The notes below the pieces were generated by a model. It had not been told where the DNA came from. It did not search any database and saw only the letters and a list, made by a program, of their open reading frames with translations. A DNA stretch of 64,000 bases, taken from the IMG/VR virus record IMGVR_UViG_3300027792_000010. One strand, written 5' to 3'. Positions 34,851 through 45,090 of this stretch are shown here, piece after piece. Each line of letters opens with the position of its first letter. Positions within the stretch are counted from its first letter, which is position 1. Source of the stretch: a virus. The position numbers were made by a program, and so were the translations under genes.

Positions 34851-35510
34851 TTATACACCTTGAAGAACATCATCAAGTTGGACGTTTGTAGCAGCATCCT
34901 CAGACCCTGGAGCATCTATCCCAAGACGCTCACGGATTTCTTCCAGCGATAAGTCTGAAGCGAGGCTCTTCTCCATACGGGAGAAGATTTCATCAGATTC
35001 CTTTAAGATCTTTTCCTCAAGCTCCTTTTTTGAACGCCAGTAACTTGCATTGCAGCCGTTAACGATGAGATTCTGATACTCCTCATTGTCACAAGTCACG
35101 TTAATATCATGATCTTTAAGTGAAAATTCCTGGTCAATAGTCATCATCTGTTGGAAAACTTTCTCTCCAAAAACCCAAGGAACGATTTCATAACCAGCCA
35201 ACTTATCCTTGAGTTTCCCAGTAGCTTCATCTTTCACCTTATTGATTTCATAAATCACAAGGACTCCACCAAGTCTCCAACGGGGAACATTACCCTGATA
35301 GCTCTGCGTACAGCAGATAGCTTTATCATTCTTTGTGCTCTTACAAATGAAGTAGCGATCTTTGTAATGAACTTTTGCGCCTTTGAAAGGGTCAGTACCT
35401 TCCCTAAATACGACACCACAACGGATGGTCTTACCTTGTTTGAACTTATGTCCCTTAAAGGTCTGGGGCTTAATGTCATCTCTGTTTAGTCCAATACTCT
35501 CTAAAGCCAT
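34851..35510 (-). CDS. Putative single-stranded DNA-binding protein (gp32-like)
   Basis: Aromatic-rich OB-like core, Cys cluster, acidic tail, next to recA; inference only. Confidence 0.5.
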   Translation of the reverse strand: MALESIGLNRDDIKPQTFKGHKFKQGKTIRCGVVFREGTDPFKGAKVHYKDRYFICKSTKNDKAICCTQSYQGNVPRWRLGGVLVIYEINKVKDEATGKLKDKLAGYEIVPWVFGEKVFQQMMTIDQEFSLKDHDINVTCDNEEYQNLIVNGCNASYWRSKKELEEKILKESDEIFSRMEKSLASDLSLEEIRERLGIDAPGSEDAATNVQLDDVLQGV

Positions 35511-35559
35511 GATCTGTCTCCTTGAATAGAAGTTAGGCGTATCTCTTTAAGAGAAACGA

Positions 35560-35874
35560 TTAAAGAAACTGTTCGATAAAATCTCCCGGTCTGTATACTA
35601 TCCTATGTGTATTGATGTCTTTGGTAGTCATAGTTTCTGATTTTTTATCGTAAACTTTTTTCTTTCCTAGGACTTCTTTGACTCGAATAGTACCAAACCC
35701 TGCTAGCAAATTGACTTTTTTCTCTCTAAGTATTTTGTAGAAAAGCTCATGTACCAATTTTTTGTATAGCTTTTTCTTTAGCTCTTTAGTACCAGCCTTT
35801 TTCAGTAACTCAGGATCTACTTTTTCTGACAGCACTGAAATTACTGTTTCCATGATTGTGTCTTCAACATCCAT
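35560..35874 (-). CDS. HU/IHF-like DNA-binding protein
   Basis: V.L.AGFGTIRVKE ... IVYRPG pattern. Confidence 0.65.
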   Translation of the reverse strand: MDVEDTIMETVISVLSEKVDPELLKKAGTKELKKKLYKKLVHELFYKILREKKVNLLAGFGTIRVKEVLGKKKVYDKKSETMTTKDINTHRIVYRPGDFIEQFL

Positions 35875-35876
35875 GT

Positions 35877-37055
35877 TTACAGATTTTCCAATAAATCATC
35901 CAAGTCTATCCCGGTGTCCGATACAGAGGCCGAATCTTCCTTAACGGGCTCTTTCTTACCCTTCGCCTTTGCTTGCTCAGTTTTCTCTGAGGGTTTATCT
36001 TCCTTAGGTTCTACTACAACTCCAACCTCCGTCTCCGAAGCATTCGAAGGAGCTTTCACATCTTCCTGAAGAAGACTACCATCCTCATCGAGGACACTCA
36101 ATATGTCCGATATTGAATCCCCCTCCTCATCGGAATTATCTTCATCCTCCGTTGCTATTGAAGTAGCAACTGTCGAGGACTCTTCCTCCTCAGCTTCTAC
36201 TGCCGTAGAAGCCTTTAGAGTAGAAACTCCAGGCAGGTCATCTAAACCGTCCATGAGTGATAACATATCAATATCATCTGATGGCTCAGGCTTACCTGAT
36301 GTATTATCATCTGAGAAGCCCTCTATCTCAATAGTTTCCGCAGTACTTTGTACTTGTCCCAATTTGTTTGTCTCGGGAGCATTTTCCTCTGCACTACCTC
36401 CGATGACATCTATGATGTCAGCGTCTATATTATCTGATATAATCTCTTCTGGTATCTTATCTTCAACCAAACTCTCTATATTAGTTAGGTCTATTTCATC
36501 ATCAAGTTTTTCTTCTAATTTACTAAGGTCTCCAAGAGTTTTTGCATACTCCCTGATAGCCGGATCATCAGTAGGTAGAATATTAAGCTTTAGAATCTGA
36601 AGCTCAGTTAATCGGGCTTGGGTCTTAATATCGGAGTTACGAGCACGAAGAAGCTGTATATGGGTGCGTATGGTAGCCAAAACGTTCTGAAAATCAGCAA
36701 CATCGTTCTCAAGTTCCGAAATCCTCTTATTATTTTCCTCATACATCTCATCTACCGCAGCTTCTCTTTCTTTAGCTGTTGTATACTTTTTTCTAATAGC
36801 TTCATTATTTACCAGAGCTTTTCTTTTTAAAATCTCAAGTTCTGCACTCTCTATACTCAGATTCCTTTTTGATACAGTAAGCGCCCTAGACTGATTGATA
36901 TAGATCATCTGAACTTCGCTCATCTTTTTGGCACATTCCGTAAGTTTTCTATTGATGTAAGATGGAGATGGGTTATCCAAATCTTCCAGTTGCACATCTA
37001 ATTTCAACAATTTATCGTATATGTCTGAGAAGTTTATTTTTGTAATCTCTGCCAT
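35877..37055 (-). CDS. Hypothetical protein with coiled-coil N-terminus and long acidic tail
   Basis: Composition of the 392-aa ORF. Confidence 0.6.
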   Translation of the reverse strand: MAEITKINFSDIYDKLLKLDVQLEDLDNPSPSYINRKLTECAKKMSEVQMIYINQSRALTVSKRNLSIESAELEILKRKALVNNEAIRKKYTTAKEREAAVDEMYEENNKRISELENDVADFQNVLATIRTHIQLLRARNSDIKTQARLTELQILKLNILPTDDPAIREYAKTLGDLSKLEEKLDDEIDLTNIESLVEDKIPEEIISDNIDADIIDVIGGSAEENAPETNKLGQVQSTAETIEIEGFSDDNTSGKPEPSDDIDMLSLMDGLDDLPGVSTLKASTAVEAEEEESSTVATSIATEDEDNSDEEGDSISDILSVLDEDGSLLQEDVKAPSNASETEVGVVVEPKEDKPSEKTEQAKAKGKKEPVKEDSASVSDTGIDLDDLLENL

Positions 37056-37150
37056 AGTCTTCCATCCTTGCTCTCAAGTAAAAAGAGTTTTAGGTATTTG
37101 TATTCGTTTTTAATGTAATAATTTGTTCTGAGTTTTTAAAGTAATTGATA

Positions 37151-37528
37151 TTATTTTTTTAATTGTGTTATTTCAAAGGGGGACTCCGCTCTTTCGTTGA
37201 AGCTATTAAGGAAACGCACGGTCTCATCGTCATCTATATACCCCCAAAAAAAGATAGTTCGTATTTTAGTGGGTATAAGAAGCCTAATTTCATATATATG
37301 AGGGAAATATGATAGAAATATACAGCTATGACTACTACTACTAAGACATTGAAGTGCCATTATTACAGGATCTTCATAGTACCCTTTAATTATGAGGCGA
37401 CTATAACCTATAGATATTAACTGTTCGCTATCTCCAACGACAATAGCTGCTTTAGGTTCTCCACATTCTGATAAGCCTCTGCATTGAAGTACAAAGTCTG
37501 CAAAGATGTTCCTTCTTTTTTCATCCAT
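37151..37528 (-). CDS. dCMP-deaminase-fold protein lacking zinc ligands
   Basis: AAIVV..LISIGY and IFLSYFP scaffold, but HAE and PCxxC are absent. Confidence 0.5.
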   Translation of the reverse strand: MDEKRRNIFADFVLQCRGLSECGEPKAAIVVGDSEQLISIGYSRLIIKGYYEDPVIMALQCLSSSSHSCIFLSYFPHIYEIRLLIPTKIRTIFFWGYIDDDETVRFLNSFNERAESPFEITQLKK

Positions 37529-39705
37529 TGATTGATCCTTTGCCCAAAAAGGGTGTTTCTTTTCTGTATCCGGTCATTTTCTATAGCATCTATTATAGCA
37601 GACCCTTGGCCTATCACAATTACTTTTTTCTTCGCTCTTGTTAGAGCTGTATAGAGTAGGTTGCGCTGTAGTATCTTACTACCGTGTGCTTTTACAATAG
37701 GGATAATAACTAAAGGATATTCCTGGCCCTGTGATTTGTGACAACTTACACTGTACGCTAATCTAAGCATATCATCAGCTATCTTAATTGGTATGTCTAT
37801 TCTTCTATAAACCCCATTAAAATCATCTATCTCTATTACTGCATCTGTACTAGTAATATTAACTACTTTACCTATATCTCCATTATAAATATCAAGGTCA
37901 TAATTATTCTTTTTTATAAGTACTCGATCACCTCTCCTAATAGTGCCGCTTATTAGGTGAATCTCTCTTTCTGAACCAGGAGGATTTAAAGCAGCCTGTA
38001 GTGCTATATTAAGAGAGTCAACACTAAGAGGACCTGAGTTCCTTGGGGTAATAATCTGAAAGATAGTAGGTTGTTTTTTAGTTTTATTCAGCTCTTTAAT
38101 ACTGCTAGCGAAGCCTACTATAGCTTTTTCAATCCTATCCAAATTGGAGTCTCTAATAAACCAAATATCTGCATTTTTTTCGTTCTTAAATAAGCTAAGG
38201 TCTGTATCTCCATCTCGTATTTTTCTAGCAGCTTTAATGATGTCCGATTGTTCTTCCTGCCTAAAAATCTGGTTTAATTTGATAGTGTGGATAACCCCAC
38301 ACTCTATAAGCTCGCGTAGCACACTCCCAGGCCCCACAGAAGGCAGTTGGTCGTTATCGCCTACGAAGACAAGCTTGGTCTGCGAGTAAAGCGAAGAAAC
38401 CATCCTGTAGAAGACTTCCTGGTCAACCATAGATACTTCATCAACTATAATAACCTGTGTAGAGTACTTATTAAGGGCGTTATATGCCCAGGTATCCCCT
38501 TTATACCCGAATCTGCGATGTATTGTATAAGCTTCGTTATTAGCAGTGCTTGCCAACTTTTTTGCTGATATCCCCGTAGGAGTAAGTAGCTCAAAAGAAA
38601 TATTGTTTTGTTTCATTATCTCAACAAAAGCTTTTACAATTGTGGTTTTACCACACCCTGGGCCTCCTGTTACTATTACTATCTTATTATTTACGAAAGA
38701 ATAGATAGCATCCTTCTGCTCAGCACTTAAAGTAATCTTATTACTTAACTCGTATTTTGTTATAAACTCTTCTGTATTAAAGTTTTTAAAGTTGCAGGTA
38801 TCTTTACCCTCTAAAATTTTGTTTATTAACCTAGCGCTTTCATTTTCATAAAAAAAGGAACTAAGCTCATAGTACCTATCTCCCTCCTTATAGATGAAAC
38901 CATCTTTAATAAGCTTTTTCAGATGGACTTCTATATCCTCGAAATTTACACCAGTAGGACTAAAAGGTTGTTGAGTTAGCTTATTATACTCATTAAAAAT
39001 AGAGACTAACTCCTCTCCGTTCAAAAAGAGGTGCCCTGATTGTAGACAGCCTTTTAGAGTATAGAGTATAAAATAACGATATCTTAGAGGATCTTGAGGA
39101 GACATACCAAGTTTGTTAGCAAGGAAGTCACAGGTACTGAAGCCAAATCCTTCAAAGCTTAGTAAGAAAGGGTTTTGCTTTATAACCATTTCAGCATTAT
39201 AGCCATACATAGATACTATCTTATTAATCTTGTAAGGAGATAGACCCAAAGAGTGTAGAAAAATCTTAACATCTTTGAGTTCTTTATTTTCTTTCCAAGC
39301 CTCAACAAGACTTTTTACGATAGACTCCCCAATACCCTCTAACTCCAGGAGTCTTTCAGGCTCGTGATAGATAATATGGTCGAGGTCCTTACCCTCAAAA
39401 TGCTCTGCTATTAAATAAGAGCGTTCTGGCCCTATCCACTTTGCAATAGATTGCAGGAATAGAACTAAACCATTTTTTGAGCTATCATGGGAAAAAGCAA
39501 AAGACTGAGCACGAAAACTTACACCATATTTTGGATGACTTTTATAATCACCGTGAGCCTCAACAACGGCTCCTATAAGAAGATTAGGAACTTCTGCCTG
39601 AACAGTAATACAAGACTTGTCCTTTTGTCGGATCGTAAAAATCTTGAAGTTACTATCAGGGTCATTAAATTTAACTCGTTCTACTTTACCTATAATGGTT
39701 TCCAT
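37417..39705 (-). CDS. recD2: RecD2-like SF1B helicase
   Basis: N-terminal OB and HhH regions, TGGPGCGKT, VDEVSMVD, VGDNDQL, HKSQGQE, YTALTRAK. Confidence 0.9.
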   Translation of the reverse strand: METIIGKVERVKFNDPDSNFKIFTIRQKDKSCITVQAEVPNLLIGAVVEAHGDYKSHPKYGVSFRAQSFAFSHDSSKNGLVLFLQSIAKWIGPERSYLIAEHFEGKDLDHIIYHEPERLLELEGIGESIVKSLVEAWKENKELKDVKIFLHSLGLSPYKINKIVSMYGYNAEMVIKQNPFLLSFEGFGFSTCDFLANKLGMSPQDPLRYRYFILYTLKGCLQSGHLFLNGEELVSIFNEYNKLTQQPFSPTGVNFEDIEVHLKKLIKDGFIYKEGDRYYELSSFFYENESARLINKILEGKDTCNFKNFNTEEFITKYELSNKITLSAEQKDAIYSFVNNKIVIVTGGPGCGKTTIVKAFVEIMKQNNISFELLTPTGISAKKLASTANNEAYTIHRRFGYKGDTWAYNALNKYSTQVIIVDEVSMVDQEVFYRMVSSLYSQTKLVFVGDNDQLPSVGPGSVLRELIECGVIHTIKLNQIFRQEEQSDIIKAARKIRDGDTDLSLFKNEKNADIWFIRDSNLDRIEKAIVGFASSIKELNKTKKQPTIFQIITPRNSGPLSVDSLNIALQAALNPPGSEREIHLISGTIRRGDRVLIKKNNYDLDIYNGDIGKVVNITSTDAVIEIDDFNGVYRRIDIPIKIADDMLRLAYSVSCHKSQGQEYPLVIIPIVKAHGSKILQRNLLYTALTRAKKKVIVIGQGSAIIDAIENDRIQKRNTLFGQRINQWMKKEGTSLQTLYFNAEAYQNVENLKQLLSLEIANS

Positions 39706-39932
39706 TAAATACTCTTCTTATTGAATAATATGTCTAATCCAGATTTAGCCATAAGTACCAAAATAGCTACTAAGAACAAGCAGGCAAAACCTACTACAAT
39801 ACCAGCTGCGGAACTAACTACCTTATAAATGATAGATTGTACTAAACTCCCTGTAGGGGAGTATATAAGCAAAAGTATTGATACTATAAAAATAGGTAGC
39901 AATAGTGATAGTGCTGGGATAATCTTTTTCAT
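39705..39932 (-). CDS. Small membrane protein
   Basis: Two hydrophobic helices. Confidence 0.55.
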   Translation of the reverse strand: MKKIIPALSLLLPIFIVSILLLIYSPTGSLVQSIIYKVVSSAAGIVVGFACLFLVAILVLMAKSGLDILFNKKSI

Positions 39933-39954
39933 TTTGATCCTTGATTACTAAAAA

Positions 39955-40566
39955 TTAAAAGATATACTTTCGATCTACTTTGACGATTATGTACTCTCCC
40001 TCTTTGTAGGTAGAAAACTTCATACCATCTGAGAAAGCCCGCCCAGCATTAACTTCAAGTACTACAACTTCATCACCTTCAAGAGTTGCAAACTTTTTAG
40101 CAAAGTCCTCCGCCATTTCCGCGGTCTCATAGAGCTTTATATATTTCTTCGTATGGCTCTTCAAACCGCTTTCTTTCATACGTTCTACAAGATTCTTCAA
40201 TGTTCCGAAATAAAGGGTTTGAGGCGGTTGTACGTACTTTACGATTTTATATTTGATAAGGTCTTCTCCATTTATGAGAATTTTTTGATCCCTATCTTTG
40301 AAGTATAGCTCTATAATATGATTTCGATTTATATAGTATAGCTCTGGAAAGCGCCACTTCAAGAAAGCAACAATAGCATCTATTTTAACAAATCCATTAG
40401 CGTCTGTACTTATTTGATAGTCACCTACCTTAATAGTCTCTGCTTCCATATCAGATGCATCACGTAGTATATCAATAACAGATAAGAGAGCAACTTTAAG
40501 ATCATTAACATTTTTGTAGAGTGTTGCAGGTGACTTATTAAAAGTTTTTTTTGCAGGCATAAACAT
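39955..40566 (-). CDS. Tpt1/KptA (RNA 2'-phosphotransferase)-like protein with degenerate active site
   Basis: DANGFVKID, PPQTLYFGT, GLK..YIKL, VVLEVNA, G.KF pattern. Confidence 0.65.
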   Translation of the reverse strand: MFMPAKKTFNKSPATLYKNVNDLKVALLSVIDILRDASDMEAETIKVGDYQISTDANGFVKIDAIVAFLKWRFPELYYINRNHIIELYFKDRDQKILINGEDLIKYKIVKYVQPPQTLYFGTLKNLVERMKESGLKSHTKKYIKLYETAEMAEDFAKKFATLEGDEVVVLEVNAGRAFSDGMKFSTYKEGEYIIVKVDRKYIF

Positions 40567-40592
40567 ACTAAACTCCTTAGATGTGTTACTGG

Positions 40593-40988
40593 TTAAACTT
40601 CTTGTTTATGTACATCGACTACTTGTTTAGTTTTATCATACTCCATATCTTTTTTCAAAGAATCCTCTCTTTCAAGTAAGCCATCAATTATATAGTTAAG
40701 TACCTCATTAACTGTTTTAATTTCCCCAACCAAATGTTCTAAGAGCTTGAATAATGGGTTGTCTTTATTTTTTGATATCTCTTTAACAACATCTTTATCT
40801 GAACCTACTACTGAATATAATAAGTTCATAATCTGCTCAGTAATTTTTGTATTAAAATTGACTTTTTTATTTATAAATACTTTTAGGTCATTAGAGATTC
40901 CCTCTAAGGAGAAAGTTACAGCTGTATTCTTAAATCTCTCCTCATTGAACTTTTCAAATTTTCTTTTAATATTTTCTGGATTAGTCAT
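40593..40988 (-). CDS. Hypothetical protein
   Basis: 131-aa ORF. Confidence 0.55.
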   Translation of the reverse strand: MTNPENIKRKFEKFNEERFKNTAVTFSLEGISNDLKVFINKKVNFNTKITEQIMNLLYSVVGSDKDVVKEISKNKDNPLFKLLEHLVGEIKTVNEVLNYIIDGLLEREDSLKKDMEYDKTKQVVDVHKQEV

Positions 40989-41169
40989 AGTTGTCCTTAT
41001 ACCGTTAAAAGCTGATTAAGTTCTCTGAGATTTAATATACTAATTGGTTTGAACTTTTTAAAATCTAATATTAAGAAAAAGGTATAAGAATTTGATATAT
41101 ACTTTTTTATAATGAATCGTTTTCATATATTATATAAATAAAGATCTAATAGTTTACTTCCATAGGAAG

Positions 41170-41217
41170 GAAACAGTAATAACCAAAAAGAACCCTATCA
41201 ATCCTGTTACTTGGATT
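41170..41217 (+). repeat. 48-bp direct repeat, copy 1
   Basis: 47/48 identical to 42013-42060. Confidence 0.9.
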
Positions 41218-41355
41218 CGGCTTTAAAGGCATAGTTTATTTAAAGAGTTCTAAATATGATTAATAATATAGTACCTATAAATTTTATGCCAAGAACTTTA
41301 AAAAATATAAACCAAAAGGTATATTCATTAAAGAACAGATTAGGAGAGATCGATT

Positions 41356-41742
41356 ATGAACAGAATTATTACTATAGTCTCATCTGATAAGATTACTCTA
41401 TCTATGTTCATAGACTTCTATGAGAAACTCTATGGAGATAATAAACTAGTCTTAGTTAGAGATATTAACTTTCTTTACTCTAAGCCTGTCCAGGAAAATA
41501 TATTTGTAGATTCTCTTAGAGAGGCTAAACAAAAAGGTCTGAGTCTTATTATAAAATACACTATTAAATCAAATACAGACCTAGCTAAGTATATGATTCC
41601 TATGTGTTTTCTCGATAATTCCGATTTGGTTATTAAGTTTGACATGTTCTCTTCAAAACCAGAAATTATTAAAGATAAACAAGGATCTACCCACCTTCTT
41701 GAAAGGTGGGAGGCAAATATTTCTGCATTGGATAGAACATAG
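41356..41742 (+). CDS. Hypothetical protein
   Basis: 128 aa with AGGAGAG SD. Confidence 0.6.
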   Translation: MNRIITIVSSDKITLSMFIDFYEKLYGDNKLVLVRDINFLYSKPVQENIFVDSLREAKQKGLSLIIKYTIKSNTDLAKYMIPMCFLDNSDLVIKFDMFSSKPEIIKDKQGSTHLLERWEANISALDRT

Positions 41743-42012
41743 ATATTATACTTATGATAACCCTCATATTAAAAGCTACAAAAGCTAAACGTCTATGAGG
41801 AATTTTGACAGGGATTTAGGAAACCTGTTTCGTACATCAGTCTACTGCTTTAAATATCAGGAAGATGTAGTACGACCAGAAGCCTTAAAAAGGCCGATGG
41901 AGAACAGCTGATAGCAACTCTCGCTGAAATCGTAGCGTCAGAGGCTAAAGCCTTTCAGTATATAAGTCATTGATTTGGCTGTGTATTGACCGACTAAATC
42001 TTAACAAAAAAA

Positions 42013-42060
42013 GAAACAGTAATAACCAAAAAGAAGCCTATCAATCCTGTTACTTGGATT
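42013..42060 (+). repeat. 48-bp direct repeat, copy 2
   Basis: GAAACAGTAATAACCAAAAAGAAGCCTATCAATCCTGTTACTTGGATT. Confidence 0.9.
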
Positions 42061-42126
42061 AAATTATTTAATGCCCCGCCTATTAGCGGGGGACAAGTTA
42101 TTAAAACGTAGTCGAAGGGGAATCCT

Positions 42127-43134
42127 TTGTTCTTCACAAAGATTAAAGGACATTCAGATATATTGTCCCAACTAAAAGAATGGCTACTTAATGAGTCTTT
42201 CTCTGGGGTATATCTTTTATGTGGGCCTAAGGGTGTAGGGAAGTATAGTACAGCAAAAATACTTTCAAAATATATACTATGCAATGGGTTAAAGGATGAT
42301 AGTTGTCGCTGTGCTCAGTGTAAGCAGTTCCCAGACCACCCTGATTTTCTGGAGATAGGTACCAATGAAGATGAGGAATTAAAAGTAGCTGATATAGATA
42401 GAGTCGATGAGTTTGTGACCTTACTACCCTTCAAAAGCAAGTATAGGGTTGTTTTGATAGATAATGCGGATAACTTAAACAATCAGGCAGGTAATAAGCT
42501 ACTTAAGATTTTAGAAGACTCAAAGCCTCATACCTTATTTTTTCTTGTTTCATCATTTCATGAGAAGCTCCTACCTACGGTTCATTCCAGAGCTTATTCA
42601 GTAGAGTTTAAAGCTCTGCAGTCGGAAGATATACTTGAAATACTTAAGACTCAAAGGATAGAACCTAATAAAATAGAAGCCTTAAAGGGTGTTGTTCCTT
42701 TTCTCACTCAGAGTATCCTAAAAGATGCCCTTAAGTATTATGAGTATGTAAGGGAACTTCCAGAATTCCTATTAGGGTTTTCTACAAAGACAGAAGATGA
42801 AGTCTTATCCTATTTAAGTTCAGTAAATGATAAAGAAGAACTTCTTTATTTCATAGAAGTTTTATTAGTGTATACCAACGATATTTTGAAGATAAAATAT
42901 GATGGTTCCGATTCAGTTATTTTTAAGAGTAGCCATGAGACCACAGTAAAAATATCTTTGGATTGGACCGATGATATTTGTGTAGCTCTGACTGAGAAGA
43001 TAAGAAAAATAATCACGGACAATAATAAGAATCTGTATATAAAATTGTACCCAAGAGTAAAAGTCGCAGTTAGTTGGATATATATGATATTAAAGACAGA
43101 GATTGAGAAAAGGAAGAAGAAAAATGGATTCTAA
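42127..43134 (+). CDS. holB: Clamp-loader subunit, Pol III delta-prime-like
   Basis: GPKGVGK, C..C.CAQC, HPDF, RVVLIDNAD, NKLLKILE, PTVHSR. Confidence 0.8.
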   Translation: MFFTKIKGHSDILSQLKEWLLNESFSGVYLLCGPKGVGKYSTAKILSKYILCNGLKDDSCRCAQCKQFPDHPDFLEIGTNEDEELKVADIDRVDEFVTLLPFKSKYRVVLIDNADNLNNQAGNKLLKILEDSKPHTLFFLVSSFHEKLLPTVHSRAYSVEFKALQSEDILEILKTQRIEPNKIEALKGVVPFLTQSILKDALKYYEYVRELPEFLLGFSTKTEDEVLSYLSSVNDKEELLYFIEVLLVYTNDILKIKYDGSDSVIFKSSHETTVKISLDWTDDICVALTEKIRKIITDNNKNLYIKLYPRVKVAVSWIYMILKTEIEKRKKKNGF

Positions 43135-44032
43135 GTTCCTTTTACAGAATAAAGAACCTTTTTTGGTTAAGAGCTACATTGAGCAAATTAGGAATCAATT
43201 TCAGAATTTTGAAGTAGTATATACCGTAGAACCTGCGGACTTCATAGATAACATACATAGAGGTACTCTTTTTGGAGAAGGAAGTAGGATATTAGTTTTG
43301 AACCCTCTTACCGAGGAAGCATTAGAACCGATACACTCTGTAGTGTGTATGGAATCCCCAGATGTTTTTGTACTAGTAGATAATGGCGGACTTTCCAAAA
43401 ATAAGTTTTATACCAAGGTAAAGGCTCTCTGCAAAATTATAAAGGTAGAAAAATTAGAGGATAGGGAAGTAGAACCGTGGACTGACAAATATCTCAGAAA
43501 CAAAGGCTTTACCTGCGATCCAGAGGTATCTACTATAATAGCTTCAAGAAAAGGGAACAACCTTTACGCCATAGCCTATGAGATTAGGAAACTAGAGTTT
43601 GCATGTCCTGATAAGAAAGTTTCTAAACAAAAGTGTCTTGAGTTAGTTTCTTTTTCCGGGGAGACCAAGTTTTTTGATTTTTGTGACTACTTCTTTAGGA
43701 GACGGGTAAAAGAGACACTTTCGGAATTAGATAGGGTTTCTGAAGAATCATATATAGGTTTGGTGCATTTTTTGCTATCTTATATAGATAAGTTGTATAA
43801 GATATCTATCTACAAAGAGCAGAAAATGTCTGACGAAGATATCTGTAATATTTTAGATTTTAACAGATACATGTACAAGAGCAAATACCTTGTAGCTTTA
43901 TCAGCACTTGGGAAAGTAAGGCTTTTAAAAATTACGGATCTTTTAAATGACCTTGATCTGAAGTTAAGATTATGTAGATTTGATAAGAAATATTTGATGG
44001 TGAGTCTTATTGCAAGATGTATGAGGGTTTGA
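43103..44032 (+). CDS. holA: Clamp-loader subunit, Pol III delta-like
   Basis: LFGEGSRILV, GNNL..IAYEIRKL, FDFCD pattern; adjacent to the holB-like gene. Confidence 0.65.
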   Translation: MRKGRRKMDSKFLLQNKEPFLVKSYIEQIRNQFQNFEVVYTVEPADFIDNIHRGTLFGEGSRILVLNPLTEEALEPIHSVVCMESPDVFVLVDNGGLSKNKFYTKVKALCKIIKVEKLEDREVEPWTDKYLRNKGFTCDPEVSTIIASRKGNNLYAIAYEIRKLEFACPDKKVSKQKCLELVSFSGETKFFDFCDYFFRRRVKETLSELDRVSEESYIGLVHFLLSYIDKLYKISIYKEQKMSDEDICNILDFNRYMYKSKYLVALSALGKVRLLKITDLLNDLDLKLRLCRFDKKYLMVSLIARCMRV

Positions 44033-44209
44033 TATGTGCAAATGGAATCCTATAGAATGTAGCGAGAGCAAGACCCGTATAGAGATAAGAAAAGCTGTTG
44101 AAACTGTAGCAGGGATATATGATATGAGAGATACAATTTGCATCGGCTGTGGATCTAAGTCCAGTACTTGTATTGTCCCAGAACCTAAAATGAAAAAAGT
44201 TATAAAAAG

Positions 44210-44512
44210 ATGAATAGAAATAACACAGAAGTATCTTTATCTATTTTAGGATTTGCAGCAGCTTTCTTTTTCTTTTTAATTTTTATAAACAAGAAGAAAA
44301 AGAAAAGGAAATCATCGCTTAACCTCCCTTTACTTTTTGATGGTAGGTATTATTCTATTAACTGTAATACTAATAAGCACTACAATTGGACTAATTCACT
44401 TACCTTCTCTGGTAAGGTCATTAAGGAGCTATTAGGAACCCGAAAAGAAAACCTTACTTGTACTACTTGCAAAAATCCATTAATAATAAGAAAAATTGAA
44501 GATGTTGAGTAA
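44210..44512 (+). CDS. Membrane-anchored protein with Cys pairs, paralog 1
   Basis: TM helix LGFAAAFFFFLIFI, basic patch, CTTC; shares a 45-bp identical repeat with the next gene. Confidence 0.55.
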   Translation: MNRNNTEVSLSILGFAAAFFFFLIFINKKKKKRKSSLNLPLLFDGRYYSINCNTNKHYNWTNSLTFSGKVIKELLGTRKENLTCTTCKNPLIIRKIEDVE

Positions 44513-44786
44513 TGACGATGATACCATAGCATCCTTATATGTTTTAGGATTTGCAGCAGCTTTCTTTTTCTTTTTAATTTTTATAACAAAAAAGAAAAAG
44601 AAAAAGTACCAAGGCCCTATTCATTTTGCTGATAACGGATTCTATGATTTAGGGTGTAATTGTTGTAATTGGAAAAATATAGCAGTGGAGGGATCAGTGC
44701 TGAATTATCTTCTGAAAAGGGATGGATATTTTTGTCGTACCTGTGGTAATCCTTTGTTTATAAGAAGAGCTGAAATATATGATTGA
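44496..44786 (+). CDS. Membrane-anchored protein with Cys pairs, paralog 2
   Basis: Same TM helix; CNCC and CRTC. Confidence 0.55.
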   Translation: MKMLSNDDDTIASLYVLGFAAAFFFFLIFITKKKKKKYQGPIHFADNGFYDLGCNCCNWKNIAVEGSVLNYLLKRDGYFCRTCGNPLFIRRAEIYD

Positions 44787-45090
44787 TCGTGGCGTTGTAA
44801 TAGAGATAGATATTGATAAGGATAGGCTTCGTGAGATCGTCTCAGAAGCTCTTAGGATGATCTATGAGTACCTTGGTGGGGAATATACCAAGACGCAAGG
44901 TGATGTCCTTACTGAGTTGGAAAGCTATATAAGCATAGATCGAATCTCTACTGAGTTCTTTCTTCATATAGGTAGTCGTTCTATCCCAGACATGAAAATG
45001 CGTGTGGACCCTAGGAGAAGAAAAGTTTTTTTGAAGTCTAGCTTCAGGAAAAAAGTTGCGAAACTTAATCATTTTATGAAGTTACTATGA
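44779..45090 (+). CDS. Hypothetical protein
   Basis: 103 aa. Confidence 0.55.
   Translation: MIDRGVVIEIDIDKDRLREIVSEALRMIYEYLGGEYTKTQGDVLTELESYISIDRISTEFFLHIGSRSIPDMKMRVDPRRRKVFLKSSFRKKVAKLNHFMKLL

Noticed and set aside
41795-41975. Small genes between the 48-bp repeats
   Set aside because: Only short frames broken by stops and without a clear SD, so they were not called.
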